The notes under the pieces were generated by a model. It did not search any database. It worked only from the letters and a program-made list of their open reading frames with translations, and was not told the DNA's origin. From NCBI GenBank assembly GCA_016124635.1, contig WGNJ01000018.1:276551-340550 (forward strand): 64,000 bases of DNA, in the 5' to 3' direction. This DNA comes from Alphaproteobacteria bacterium. GTDB lineage: Bacteria > Pseudomonadota > Alphaproteobacteria > Micropepsales > Micropepsaceae. Below are positions 1-8,986 of this stretch, one piece after another (the stretch's first letter is position 1; each line of letters begins with the position of its first letter). A program made the translations under genes and the position numbers.

Positions 1-2
1 GC

Positions 3-950
3 ACACTCGGCCTCGGCGGCTGCTCCAGCGGCCCGCCGTTCTTCTGCACCGGTTACATCCAACTGCGCAGCAGCGGACGCAGCCGCGAGCAGATTCTTTC
101 GATCTTCCCGGCAATCTTTCCTGCTGAGTACTTGAACAGCGAAAGTCAGAAGTGCGAGCAGAAATACGCCGATGCGGTCTTGGCGGCGCAGGAGGCGAAG
201 GCCGAAGCCGAGGCAGCAGAGAAGGCTAAACACCTTGGCGGTGCGAGCGCGTTCGGTTTTGCGCTGCGTTGGGGCCCCAAGTGCTACGACCAAGCGTGCA
301 AGGCCCAGCTTGCAAAACTCGCCGATCAATACACTGACGAAATCCAAGATCCCGATCTCATTCATGAAACCAAAGATTTCAAAGTCCTGAAAGCAAAGAT
401 GGACGCGAAATACGGCGCGTACGCACTGCTCACAATCGCCGCCTCGAAGAAGCGGACACGCGACAATCCGGCGGCGCCGGTCGACAAGCGCCTCCTTGCC
501 TTCGACTGCAAACCGTATCTCGGGATTGCGCGGCAGTCGTTTTGCAAGGAGCAGCAAGGGTTCGACGTCTGCCGCAGCTACGTCGATGAGCGCAAGTGGG
601 ATGCCTGCCGCCTGCAAGGCGCCGCCGGTGCATACTCCGCAACGCCGGCGCTGGCGCAACTCATGCGCCGTGCAGGATGCATCCCGCAGGGCTCGCGCGG
701 CACGCTCCGCATCGTCGTCCCGGGCACGCGCAGCATAAACGATCTCAAGGTGCAGTGTCTCTCCGCCCTCGCCCGCGCCCAGTGCAACGCCTATCGCGCC
801 GGCGGGTCGCGCGTGACCTGCTCGGGACCCGGAGAGATCGTGGCCTTCGATCGCGCACGGCTCAGCAAACAGACGCTCGTCCCGGGGGGACCGATCATGC
901 CACCTCCGCCAAGGCCGCCAGTCAGAATCCCGGGTCCACCACGGCGGTGA
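3..950 (+). CDS. Cys-rich hypothetical protein with Pro-rich C-terminal tail (5' partial, probably starts left of the window)
   Basis: The frame of listed ORF 132..950 stays open back to nt 3 with no stop. Third-position G/C bias is strong. 14 Cys by my count, an AEAKAEAEAAEKAK stretch, and a PPPPRPPVRIPGPPRR tail. No family recognised. Confidence 0.55.
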   Translation, partial: TLGLGGCSSGPPFFCTGYIQLRSSGRSREQILSIFPAIFPAEYLNSESQKCEQKYADAVLAAQEAKAEAEAAEKAKHLGGASAFGFALRWGPKCYDQACKAQLAKLADQYTDEIQDPDLIHETKDFKVLKAKMDAKYGAYALLTIAASKKRTRDNPAAPVDKRLLAFDCKPYLGIARQSFCKEQQGFDVCRSYVDERKWDACRLQGAAGAYSATPALAQLMRRAGCIPQGSRGTLRIVVPGTRSINDLKVQCLSALARAQCNAYRAGGSRVTCSGPGEIVAFDRARLSKQTLVPGGPIMPPPPRPPVRIPGPPRR

Positions 951-1053
951 GGATGCGCGCGGCGATTGTCGCGCCGGTGGAAACACAAGCGGACCGATGG
1001 AGCGGTTGCGGGCTTCGGTCGATCGGGCCGCTCGAGCAAGTTGTGAGCCTGCT

Positions 1054-1272
1054 TCAGTCGCGCAGCTTGAGCGTCGGGATGGTCTTGTCGGCTACGGTGT
1101 GGCCGTCGGCGAATTTCGTCACCTGGAAGAGGAACGCAAAACGTTCGCGCTGGACCTCCAGTGTGGCGCGCCAGGGGCGCGGAACCACATCAAACGTTAG
1201 TTTGCTTGCCGCAAGAACCCGAGCGATTGCCACTCTGACTGAGCATCCAGTCGCTCCTTTTTTGCAGATTGA
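1054..1272 (-). CDS. small hypothetical protein (start uncertain)
   Basis: The last ~50 codons have strong third-position G/C bias, and the antisense frame 997..1200 does not. Candidate starts ATG 1272 and GTG 1233 lack an SD. A good AAGGAG-N7-ATG (ATG at 1246..1244) lies in another frame that stops after 18 codons. Confidence 0.25.
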   Translation of the reverse strand, partial: SICKKGATGCSVRVAIARVLAASKLTFDVVPRPWRATLEVQRERFAFLFQVTKFADGHTVADKTIPTLKLRD

Positions 1273-1663
1273 CATGATGAGGCAATGTTGCGATATACGC
1301 AACCAGATGCGCGCATCTTCAAAATTCCATTTGAAGTGTTCTGGTGCTCTAGCGTTGGAGGTTCACCCGTCACGTGTTGGAGGTTTCGTGACGCATTTTT
1401 CCGCAGAAATCTGCCATTGTGCGAATGTGCGAGGTTTGGGTGAACATCATTGCAGGGCGCCGGGTTTCCGCCCCTCCACCATCGCGTTCCGCGATGGTCC
1501 CTCTCCCCCGCTGAAGCGGTGGAGGATGAAGAACGTGTGCGCGATGGCGTGGGGCGGCCTTGCGAGCGCCGCGCGCTATATCAATGCGGCAGGGGTGGGC
1601 GGGGTTGCCCGCACCTTCCGCCTTCGCCAAGGCTTCGGCGGACGAGCCCAGGACAAATGAGAC

Positions 1664-2194
1664 ATGCCTGAGTATTCGGACGACGTGATCAAGAAGGTGC
1701 TGGGGTCGGTGAAGACCATCGCCATCGTCGGCGTGTCGGCGAGCGAGGCCAAGCCTTCGCACTTCGTCATGAAATACATGCAGGGCAAGCGCTATCGCTG
1801 CATCCCGGTGAACCCGGGGCTCGCGGGCAAGACCTTGCTGGGCGAGACCGTCTATCCGGATCTGAAGTCGATCCCCTTCCCCGTCGACATGGTCGACATC
1901 TTCCGCAACTCGGAGGCCGCGGGTCAGGTGAGCGACGATGCGGTCGCGATCGGCGCCAAGGTCGTTTGGATGCAGCTCGGCGTCGTCAACGCGGCGGCGG
2001 CCGCCCGCGCCGAGTCGGCCGGCTTGACCGTCATCATGGACCGCTGCCCCAAAATGGAATATTCGCGCTTTTCCGGAGAATTCGGCTGGGTAGGAAGAAA
2101 CAGCCGAATCATCGACAATCGGCGCAAGATTCTGGGCGCCGGGCGTGCTGCGTTAGCGCGCGACGCCATCGGAAAGGGGAAAGGCACTCTATGA
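1664..2194 (+). CDS. CoA-binding domain protein (YccU/YneT-like)
   Basis: The N-terminus KTIAIVGVSASEAKPSHFVMKYMQGKRYRCIPVNPG is typical of the CoA-binding Rossmann family. Its stop overlaps the metY start (ATGA), implying translational coupling. Confidence 0.85.
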   Translation: MPEYSDDVIKKVLGSVKTIAIVGVSASEAKPSHFVMKYMQGKRYRCIPVNPGLAGKTLLGETVYPDLKSIPFPVDMVDIFRNSEAAGQVSDDAVAIGAKVVWMQLGVVNAAAAARAESAGLTVIMDRCPKMEYSRFSGEFGWVGRNSRIIDNRRKILGAGRAALARDAIGKGKGTL

Positions 2195-3486
2195 ACATGC
2201 AGGGCACGAAGCTCGCCGACTATGGCTTCAACACATTGTCGGTGCACGCGGGGGCGGCGCCCGACCCCACGACCGGCGCGCGCGCGACGCCGATCTATCA
2301 GACGACGTCCTACGTGTTCGACGACGTCGATCACGCGGCTTCGCTCTTCGGCCTGCAGCAGTTCGGCAATATCTATACGCGCATCGGCAACCCGACGCAG
2401 GCGGTGCTCGAGGAGCGCGTCGCGGCGCTCGAAGGCGGCACGGCGGCGCTGGCCGCGGCGTCGGGACACGGCGCGCAGCTCCTCTGCTTCCATTCGCTGA
2501 TGCAGCCGGGCGACGAGTTCATCGCCTCGCGCCAGCTCTACGGCGGCTCCGTCAATCAGTTCGGTCAAGCGTTCAAGAATTTCGGCTGGAACGTGAAGTG
2601 GGCGGACGGGCGCGATCCCGAAAGCTTCCGCCGCCTGGTGCACGCGAAGACCAAGGCGATCTTCATCGAGTCGATCGCCAATCCGGGCGGCGTCGTCATC
2701 GACATCGAGGCGATCTCGGCCGTCGCGCGCGAGGCGGGCATTCCGCTCATCGTCGACAACACGCTGGCGACACCCTATCTGGTGCGGCCGATCGAATGGG
2801 GCGCGGACATCGTGCTGCATTCGATGACGAAGTTCTTGGGCGGCCACGGCAATTCGATCGGCGGCATGATCGTCGACGCCGGCACCTTCGATTGGTCGCG
2901 CACGAAGAAGTATCCGATGCTGTCGGAGCCCTGCCCCTCCTATCACGGCATCAAGATGCACGAGACGTTCGGCGACATGGCGTTCGCCATCACTTGCCGC
3001 GTGCTCGGCTTGCGCGATCTCGGGCCCGCGATCTCGCCGTTCAACGCGTATCTCTTGCTCACCGGGATCGAGACGCTGCCGCTGCGCATGCAGAAGCATT
3101 GCGAGAATGCGCGCGCGGTGGCGCAGCATCTGTCGCGTCATCCGAAGGTGTCGTGGGTCTCCTACGCCAACCTGCCGAACGATCCGTGCTACGGCCTGGC
3201 GCAGACCTATTGCCCGAAGGGTGCCGGCGCCGTCTTCACGTTCGGCGTGCGCGGCGGCTATGAGGCGGGCGTCAAGCTCGTCAACTCGGTGAAGCTGTTC
3301 TCGCACCTCGCCAATGTCGGCGACACGCGCTCCTTGATCATTCACCCCGCCTCGACGACGCACCGTCAGCTGACGGACGATCAAAAGACGCACGCGGGCG
3401 CGGGGCCCGACGTCGTGCGCGTCTCCATCGGCATCGAAGACGTCGCCGACATCATCTCCGATCTGGATCAGGGGCTCGCCGCATAA
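2191..3486 (+). CDS. metY: O-acetylhomoserine sulfhydrylase (PLP-dependent Cys/Met metabolism enzyme)
   Basis: MNMQGTKLADYGFNTLSVHAGAAPDPTTGARATPIYQTTSYVF and the PLP-lysine region HSMTKFLGGHGNSIGG. ATG at 2191 lies inside the longer listed ORF 1966..3486. Confidence 0.95.
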   Translation: MNMQGTKLADYGFNTLSVHAGAAPDPTTGARATPIYQTTSYVFDDVDHAASLFGLQQFGNIYTRIGNPTQAVLEERVAALEGGTAALAAASGHGAQLLCFHSLMQPGDEFIASRQLYGGSVNQFGQAFKNFGWNVKWADGRDPESFRRLVHAKTKAIFIESIANPGGVVIDIEAISAVAREAGIPLIVDNTLATPYLVRPIEWGADIVLHSMTKFLGGHGNSIGGMIVDAGTFDWSRTKKYPMLSEPCPSYHGIKMHETFGDMAFAITCRVLGLRDLGPAISPFNAYLLLTGIETLPLRMQKHCENARAVAQHLSRHPKVSWVSYANLPNDPCYGLAQTYCPKGAGAVFTFGVRGGYEAGVKLVNSVKLFSHLANVGDTRSLIIHPASTTHRQLTDDQKTHAGAGPDVVRVSIGIEDVADIISDLDQGLAA

Positions 3487-3622
3487 CGGGCGCCGCACGA
3501 CAGACGCCGCAGACCGCGGCGCAGTCCACCAGGACGGCGAATGCATGCTACAAGCGGCGGATGACGCTGCGCGCCGATTGCCGCCTGTTCGCGCGCTTTG
3601 AGCGGCGCTTGCGGGGGACGTG

Positions 3623-4138
3623 ATGGAGTATACGCGGACATACACGTGGCACGACACCGACGAGTTGATGGCGAAGGGCCTAGGGCTTTCGGGGCTCGAG
3701 GTGATGCAGCGGATCGCGCGGCGCGAGATCCCGGGGCCGCCGGTCGGGCGGCTGATCGGTGTCGCCGGTCTCGAGGTCGAGAAGGGCAAGGTCGGGGTCG
3801 GCTTCGAGCCGCAGCCGTTCCACTACAATTCGCTCGGCACCGTACACGGCGGCGTCATCGCAACGGCGCTCGACATCGTGCTCGGCAGCGCGGTGCAGAC
3901 GACGCTGAAGGCGGGCTACGGCTTCACGACGCTGACGCTCGAGCTCAAATATCATCGCGCGGTCAGCGCCAAGAGCGGCAAGCTCAAGGCGATCGCCGAG
4001 GTCGTGACGCGCGGGCGCGATATCGTGACGGCTGAGGCGAAGCTCGTCGACGCGCGCGAGCGGCTGTTCGCGACAGCGACGTCGACACTCATGATCTTCG
4101 CGCTGCCGGTCGGCGGCGGGGAGCCGGGCGACACATGA
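3623..4138 (+). CDS. PaaI-family hotdog-fold thioesterase
   Basis: The core NSLGTVHGGVIATALDIVLGSAV is typical of PaaI/4HBT thioesterases. GGGGGA SD lies upstream. GTG 3620 is an alternative start. Confidence 0.85.
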   Translation: MEYTRTYTWHDTDELMAKGLGLSGLEVMQRIARREIPGPPVGRLIGVAGLEVEKGKVGVGFEPQPFHYNSLGTVHGGVIATALDIVLGSAVQTTLKAGYGFTTLTLELKYHRAVSAKSGKLKAIAEVVTRGRDIVTAEAKLVDARERLFATATSTLMIFALPVGGGEPGDT

Positions 4139-4653
4139 CCTACATCATGGTCGACATCGAATCCGACGGGCCGATCCCCGGCGACTACTCGATGATCGCG
4201 ATCGGTGCGATCGTGGTCGAGCCCAAGCTCGAGCGGACGTTCCGCGCGACGCTAAAACCGATCAGCGAAAAGTGGATCCCCGACGCGCTTGGCGTAACGG
4301 GTTTCACACGGGAAGAGACGCTCGCCTTCTCCGAGCCCAAAGCCGTGATGGAGGCCTTCGCCGATTGGCTCAAGGAGGCTGCGGGCGACAATCCGCGCTT
4401 CATCGCCGACAACGCCGGCTTCGACTGGCAGTTCGTCAATTGGTACTTCCACCATTTCCTCGGGCGCAATCCGTTCGGCTGGAGCTCGATGGGCCTCGGC
4501 TCGATCTATGCGGGCCTGTCGAAGAGCATGCGCGGAAGCTTCAAGCATCTGCGCCGCACGGTGCACACGCACGATCCGCTCGACGACGCGCGGGGCAACG
4601 CGGAGGCTCTGCTCACCATGATCGAGACGATGGGGCTGCATGCGAAGCTCTGA
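4135..4653 (+). CDS. DEDD-type 3'-5' exonuclease domain protein
   Basis: Exo motifs MVDIESDG, ADNAGFDWQF and HDPLDDA are present. The start overlaps the upstream stop. Confidence 0.75.
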   Translation: MTYIMVDIESDGPIPGDYSMIAIGAIVVEPKLERTFRATLKPISEKWIPDALGVTGFTREETLAFSEPKAVMEAFADWLKEAAGDNPRFIADNAGFDWQFVNWYFHHFLGRNPFGWSSMGLGSIYAGLSKSMRGSFKHLRRTVHTHDPLDDARGNAEALLTMIETMGLHAKL

Positions 4654-4655
4654 GA

Positions 4656-5486
4656 TCAAGCGGTGCGTCGAACCAGCTCTTGCCGCGGCTCGCGATCGGT
4701 GAGCGCGAGGAACAGGACGATCGCCGCCATGCCGGCGGTGATCGCGACGTCGACGGCGGCGGCGTAGTACATCGTCGCCACGGTATTGAAGGCGGCGTGA
4801 AAGAGCGTCGGCACGATCACGGCGCCGGAGCGCATCATGAGCCAGGAGATGATGTAGTTGGCGAGCACGATCTGCAGCGTGAACATGCCCATCCAATAGG
4901 CGGCTTGATCCACGCTCAGCACAAAGGGACTCGCGAGCAGCATCGGGTAATGCCAAAGCGCCCACACGACGCCGAGCACCGTCGCGCCGCGCCAAAAGCC
5001 GTAACGCTCCGCGAGACGCGGCAGCGCGAAGGCGCGCCAGCCGAGCTCTTCACCGGCGGCAAGCGGAAGCCAGACGCCGGCGAGGAGCGCCACTTGCGGA
5101 TCGAGCCAGAGCTTCGGCGGCTTGTGCCCGCTATAGGCGGCCCAGGCAAGGGAGGCGACCAGCAGCGCCGCGGGTAGCACGAGCGCGATGCCGTAGAGCG
5201 GCAGCGGCGCGCGCAAGGTCGCGATGCGCGACCACCACTCGCGCAAGCGACCGGAAAGCGTTGCGGCGACGAGCGCTGCGATCGCGGGCGCAAAGCCCAT
5301 GAGGCGCATGGCGCCTTGCGGCAGGTCGTAAGGATGCGGCAGGCCGTGCTGCGCGAGCGCGGCCGGCACGCTCAAGGCCCAAGCCAAAGCAAATGCGAGA
5401 AGCCAAAAGATCGCCAAGTGAGCCCCCGCCCCCGCGCGTGCCCGCGTCCTGCCTCGCCATATTGGCAGGGCCGGAAGCGAGTTCAA
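4656..5486 (-). CDS. CPBP-family intramembrane glutamic endopeptidase (CAAX protease/Abi-like)
   Basis: Polytopic membrane protein with EELGWRAFALP, WALWHYP and FHAAFN motifs. Confidence 0.85.
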   Translation of the reverse strand: MNSLPALPIWRGRTRARAGAGAHLAIFWLLAFALAWALSVPAALAQHGLPHPYDLPQGAMRLMGFAPAIAALVAATLSGRLREWWSRIATLRAPLPLYGIALVLPAALLVASLAWAAYSGHKPPKLWLDPQVALLAGVWLPLAAGEELGWRAFALPRLAERYGFWRGATVLGVVWALWHYPMLLASPFVLSVDQAAYWMGMFTLQIVLANYIISWLMMRSGAVIVPTLFHAAFNTVATMYYAAAVDVAITAGMAAIVLFLALTDREPRQELVRRTA

Positions 5487-5508
5487 CCGGGCTCTGGTGC
5501 CTGCGGGC

Positions 5509-6252
5509 CTATTTCGGCTTGACGAACTTGAAGATGAATTGGTCGGTGTGGCCGCGGATCGACGGGTCGAAGACCAGATTGTTCTTCGGATCGTCGGGAT
5601 TGCGCAGGATATCGCTCTCGGCCTCGAGCTTGAAGCCGGCCGCCAAGATCTGCTGCTTGACTACGTCAGGGTCGATGCGATGGGTCTTGTCGATCTGCTC
5701 GGGCGTCGTGATGCCGGGGCCGGTGTGGTCGATGACGAAATAGACGCCGCCGGGCTTGAGCGCATCGAAGATCGCCTTATTCATCTTTGCGACGTCGACC
5801 TTCTGCCAGACTTGATCGTGATAGATCTGGCTGATGAAGACGAGATCGACCGGCGCGTCAAACTTGATCTCGTCCATCGGTTGTACGACGGCTTCAACGT
5901 TGGGATAGCCAGCGGCGGCCAGCGCTTTGACGGCCGGCGTCTCGGTCGGGAATTTGGCGTCGACCCATGTCGGGTTGAAGCCATAGACTTTGCCGTTCGC
6001 GCCGACGATGCGGCTCATAATGCGGCTGTAGTAGCCCTTGCCCGGACCGACGTCGACGACGTGGTCGCCTTCCTTGATGCCGGTGAGCGCCATGATCTCA
6101 GCCGGATGGCGCGCGGCGTCGCGATCGACGTCTTGCTTCGGCCGATCCTTGTCGGCGACGGCGGCCGCGATATTCGCCGGAATGTCGGCGGCAAGCGCCG
6201 GCGTTGCGGACGCAGCGAAGAACGCTGCGAGCGCGAATGTCAGAATGCGCAT
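5509..6252 (-). CDS. class I SAM-dependent methyltransferase with N-terminal signal peptide
   Basis: Signal-like MRILTFALAAFFAASATPALA and the SAM-binding motif VVDVGPGKGYYS. Confidence 0.8.
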   Translation of the reverse strand: MRILTFALAAFFAASATPALAADIPANIAAAVADKDRPKQDVDRDAARHPAEIMALTGIKEGDHVVDVGPGKGYYSRIMSRIVGANGKVYGFNPTWVDAKFPTETPAVKALAAAGYPNVEAVVQPMDEIKFDAPVDLVFISQIYHDQVWQKVDVAKMNKAIFDALKPGGVYFVIDHTGPGITTPEQIDKTHRIDPDVVKQQILAAGFKLEAESDILRNPDDPKNNLVFDPSIRGHTDQFIFKFVKPK

Positions 6253-6377
6253 GATGATCTCTCCCCAGAGCTTTCCGCGCGGAGCCTAGCGTGCTCCGCT
6301 CCGCATCGCGCGTGAGATTGCGGCTCGCTCACCGCTTTGTGACGCGCGGACGCCAACGCCCCGCAGAAAATCGAGCC

Positions 6378-6938
6378 TTACTTGCCGAGCAAGTCGACGA
6401 CCGCCGGATCGTTCGGCTTGATCTGTTTGTCGAGGACCAGATGCGCGAGGCCGTGCACGAAGGCCCACGCGTTGATGGCGTCGGCCTGGCCGGTTCTCCC
6501 CGTGCGCGACAGCGTGCCCGTCAACACGGCGAACGCGTTGTCGGCCGCGGCGCGCAACTCCGCGTGCTCCCTCCGGTCGAGCTCCGCGCCGAACATCAGA
6601 CGGTACAATCTCGGATTGTCGAGCGCGAAGCGGAGATAAGCGCGGCCGATGGCGTTGCGGCGCCGCTTCGCATCGGGCTCCGCCTCGGCCGCCGCGCGCA
6701 ATTTGGCACCGAACTCTTCGAACCCTTCCGTTGCAACCGCGGCCAGCAGCGCCGAGAGACTGTCGAAGTGACGGTACGGCGCGTTGTGCGAAACGCCAGC
6801 CAGCCGCGCGACCTCGCGCAAGGTCACGGCGCCGGCGCCTTCCCGTTGCACGATCTTCGCAGCCGCGGCGACCAGGGCGCGGCGCAGGTCGCCGTGGTGG
6901 TAGCCTGGTTTTTCGGCCGCCCGAAGTGATGTTGACAC
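6378..6938 (-). CDS. TetR/AcrR family transcriptional regulator
   Basis: HTH region TLREVARLAGVSHNAPYRHF. GTG start. Divergent from the dioxygenase gene. Confidence 0.9.
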   Translation of the reverse strand: MSTSLRAAEKPGYHHGDLRRALVAAAAKIVQREGAGAVTLREVARLAGVSHNAPYRHFDSLSALLAAVATEGFEEFGAKLRAAAEAEPDAKRRRNAIGRAYLRFALDNPRLYRLMFGAELDRREHAELRAAADNAFAVLTGTLSRTGRTGQADAINAWAFVHGLAHLVLDKQIKPNDPAVVDLLGK

Positions 6939-6974
6939 CGTCTACATTCCTGCTAATGTTGTCACTGTCAACAT
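6929..6974. promoter_or_regulatory. two tandem imperfect palindromes (ATGTTGAC-N3-GTCTACAT and ATGTTG-N7-CAACAT); candidate TetR operators
   Basis: Read directly at 6929..6947 and 6956..6974 in the TetR/dioxygenase divergent region. A third half-site GTCAACAT lies at about 7003..7010. Confidence 0.5.
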
Positions 6975-7025
6975 TGAGCATCTCCCAAGCCCTGTCAACA
7001 TGCGGTTAAGCCGCAGGAGGCACTC

Positions 7026-8447
7026 ATGAAGCCCTTTCCAGCCCTGCCCTATCTCTCCGGCAACTTCGCGCCGCTGCTCGTCGAGTGCGACGCCAACGAC
7101 CTGGTGATCGAGGGCGAGATGCCGCGCGATCTCAGCGGCGCACTCTTTCGCACGGGGCCCAATCCGCAGTTTCCGCCGCTCGGCAACTCGCATCATTGGT
7201 TCTTGGGCGACGGCATGGTGCACGCGCTGTTCATCGACAATGGCCGCGTCAGCTATCGCAATCGCTGGGTCCGCACGCATCAATTCAACGAAGAGCGCGC
7301 GGCCGGGCGGCGCCTTTATTCATCGGCCTTCGGCGGCGAAGCGCCCGATCCCTCGGCCGCCGGCAAGCCGCGCAACGTCGCCAACACGAACATCGTACCG
7401 CATGCGGGCAAACTCTTTGCGATCGACGAAGGTAGTTCGCCGGTGGCAATGGATCCGCGCTCACTCGATACGCAGGGCTCCTGGACGTTCGAGGGTAAAT
7501 ATCAAGGTCCAATGACGGCGCATCCGAAGATCGACGCCGAGACGGGCGAGATGTTCTTCTTCGGCTATATGGCTGCGGGACCTGGATCGCCCGATATCTC
7601 CTTCGTCGTCGTCGACAAGCACGGCAAGGTGACGCGCAGCGAGATGTTCAAGGCACCCTATGCCAGCATGGTGCACGACTTCGCGATCACCGATCAGCAC
7701 ATCATCTTCCCGATCTATCCGGCGACGATCGACGTGCAGCGCATCATGAAGGGCGGCCCGGTGATCGCTTGGGATCCCGACGCCGGCACGCATATCGGCA
7801 TCATGCCGCGCAACGGGACGATGGCCGACATCCGCTGGTTCAAAGGCCCGGCGGCTTACGCCTACCACCCGCTGAACGCGTACAGCGAAGGCGGCAAAGT
7901 CGTACTCGACCACATGGTCTATCCGCGCGTCCCGCTGTTCCCGAACGCGGACGGCTCGCGGGCGCCGGCGGACATCGCCGATCAACCGGCGCGGCTCGAA
8001 CGGTGGACGTTCGACCTTTCGAACAACAGCGACAGCTATAAGCGCGAGGTGCTCGACGATCTTGCGACGGAGTTTCCACGCATCGACGATCGTTGGACCG
8101 GACTCAAACATCGCCACGGCTATGCCGGCGCGATCACGGGCGCGAAGCTGCCCGGCTCGCCGTTCGACACGATCGCGCACTACGACCTGAAGACGGGCGC
8201 GCGGGAGATCTGGAAACCGGGCGCCGGCAATTTCGTCATGGAGCCGGTCGTGGCGCCGCGCGGCCCAGGTGAAGCGAACGGCTACGTGCTGACGCTCGTC
8301 TACCGCAGCGAGACCAATCTCAGCGATCTCGTCGTGCTCGACGCGAAGAACATCGCCGCCGGTCCGGTCGCAACAGCCAAGCTGCCGGTGCGTGTGCCGT
8401 TCGGCTTCCACGGCAATTGGCTCGCCGCGGCGCAGGACCGCGCCTAA
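7026..8447 (+). CDS. carotenoid oxygenase family protein (carotenoid/apocarotenoid/stilbene cleavage dioxygenase)
   Basis: N-terminus PYLSGNFAPLLVECDANDLVIEGEMPRDLSGALFRTGPNPQF and conserved His-containing blocks (MTAHPKID, MVHDFAIT, YHPLNAY, FGFHGNW). Confidence 0.9.
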   Translation: MKPFPALPYLSGNFAPLLVECDANDLVIEGEMPRDLSGALFRTGPNPQFPPLGNSHHWFLGDGMVHALFIDNGRVSYRNRWVRTHQFNEERAAGRRLYSSAFGGEAPDPSAAGKPRNVANTNIVPHAGKLFAIDEGSSPVAMDPRSLDTQGSWTFEGKYQGPMTAHPKIDAETGEMFFFGYMAAGPGSPDISFVVVDKHGKVTRSEMFKAPYASMVHDFAITDQHIIFPIYPATIDVQRIMKGGPVIAWDPDAGTHIGIMPRNGTMADIRWFKGPAAYAYHPLNAYSEGGKVVLDHMVYPRVPLFPNADGSRAPADIADQPARLERWTFDLSNNSDSYKREVLDDLATEFPRIDDRWTGLKHRHGYAGAITGAKLPGSPFDTIAHYDLKTGAREIWKPGAGNFVMEPVVAPRGPGEANGYVLTLVYRSETNLSDLVVLDAKNIAAGPVATAKLPVRVPFGFHGNWLAAAQDRA

Positions 8448-8457
8448 CCTGCTTGCA

Positions 8458-8483
8458 GTCGGTCCGCGCGTGCGCGGACCGAC
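8458..8483 (+). terminator. GC-rich hairpin after the dioxygenase gene (11-bp perfect stem, 4-nt loop)
   Basis: GTCGGTCCGCG-CGTG-CGCGGACCGAC, 11 nt after the stop. No U-tract follows. Confidence 0.45.
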
Positions 8484-8611
8484 CTCGATTAAGTGCTCCG
8501 ACCACCTTCCTCTCATGATTTCAGTGGCTTAGATCCATCGCCGCTCATGCGACGCATTCGCTCTTGACGGTTCCTCTTGCGACTCATTATCAAGCGCAAA
8601 AGGATTCCTCA

Positions 8612-8956
8612 ATGAGTCAAGCGGTTCGCAAATTTGCAGCGTGGGCAATCGTCTGCTGGCTGAGCACCGGTGCCGGTGCGCTGGCCGATGATCTGCCGAC
8701 CTTTGAGCTCGCGATCAAGGACCATCACTTCGTCCCCGAGACGCTCACCGTTCCGGCCAACACGAAGTTCAAGCTGCTGGTCAAGAACCAAGACCCGACG
8801 CCCGAAGAGTTCGAGTCTTATGAGCTGCACCGCGAAAAGGTCGTGCTCGGCAACTCGGAGATCGTCGTCTTCATCGGGCCCCTTGACCCCGGCACCTACC
8901 CCTTCTTCGGCGACTTCAATCAGAATACAGCTCGCGGAAAGCTCATCGCGAAATAG
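8612..8956 (+). CDS. periplasmic cupredoxin-like protein (FtrB-like partner of FTR1 permease)
   Basis: Signal peptide MSQAVRKFAAWAIVCWLSTGAGALA, then a cupredoxin-like beta-sandwich pattern (LTVPANTKFKLLVKNQDPTPEEFES...GTYPFFGDF). AAGGA SD sits before ATG 8612. Confidence 0.75.
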   Translation: MSQAVRKFAAWAIVCWLSTGAGALADDLPTFELAIKDHHFVPETLTVPANTKFKLLVKNQDPTPEEFESYELHREKVVLGNSEIVVFIGPLDPGTYPFFGDFNQNTARGKLIAK

Positions 8957-8986
8957 AAACCGACATCGCAGCACAACACGGCCACC

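Noticed and set aside
1380-1663. Possible SAM-II type riboswitch upstream of the CoA-binding/metY operon. Competing helices are visible: CCTCCACC 1473..1480 with GGTGGAGG 1518..1525, versus local hairpins ACCATCGCG-TTC-CGCGATGGT 1478..1498 and CCGC-TGAA-GCGG 1508..1519.
   Set aside because: The conserved AAAGCU-type 3' element I associate with SAM-II is not present, and GC-rich DNA gives many chance hairpins. cmscan with RF00521, RF01826 and RF01727 would decide.
1924-3789. Very long ORFs antisense to or overlapping real genes. Examples: 1924..3789(-), 12948..14957(-), 16533..18011(-), 20408..22255(-), 596..1660(+), 33322..34548(+), 54303..55313(-).
   Set aside because: Their translations are Arg/Ala/Gly/Pro-rich low-complexity strings with no motifs. 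They lie opposite genes with clear family signatures. Such shadow frames are expected in GC-rich DNA.
8573-8591. Fur-box-like sequence ending in CATTATC upstream of the cupredoxin/FTR1 genes.
   Set aside because: It matches only about 12 of 19 positions of the enteric Fur consensus. Rhizobiales mostly use Irr/RirA with different boxes, and no ICE (TTTAGAA-N3-TTCTAAA) or TGA-N9-TCA box was seen.
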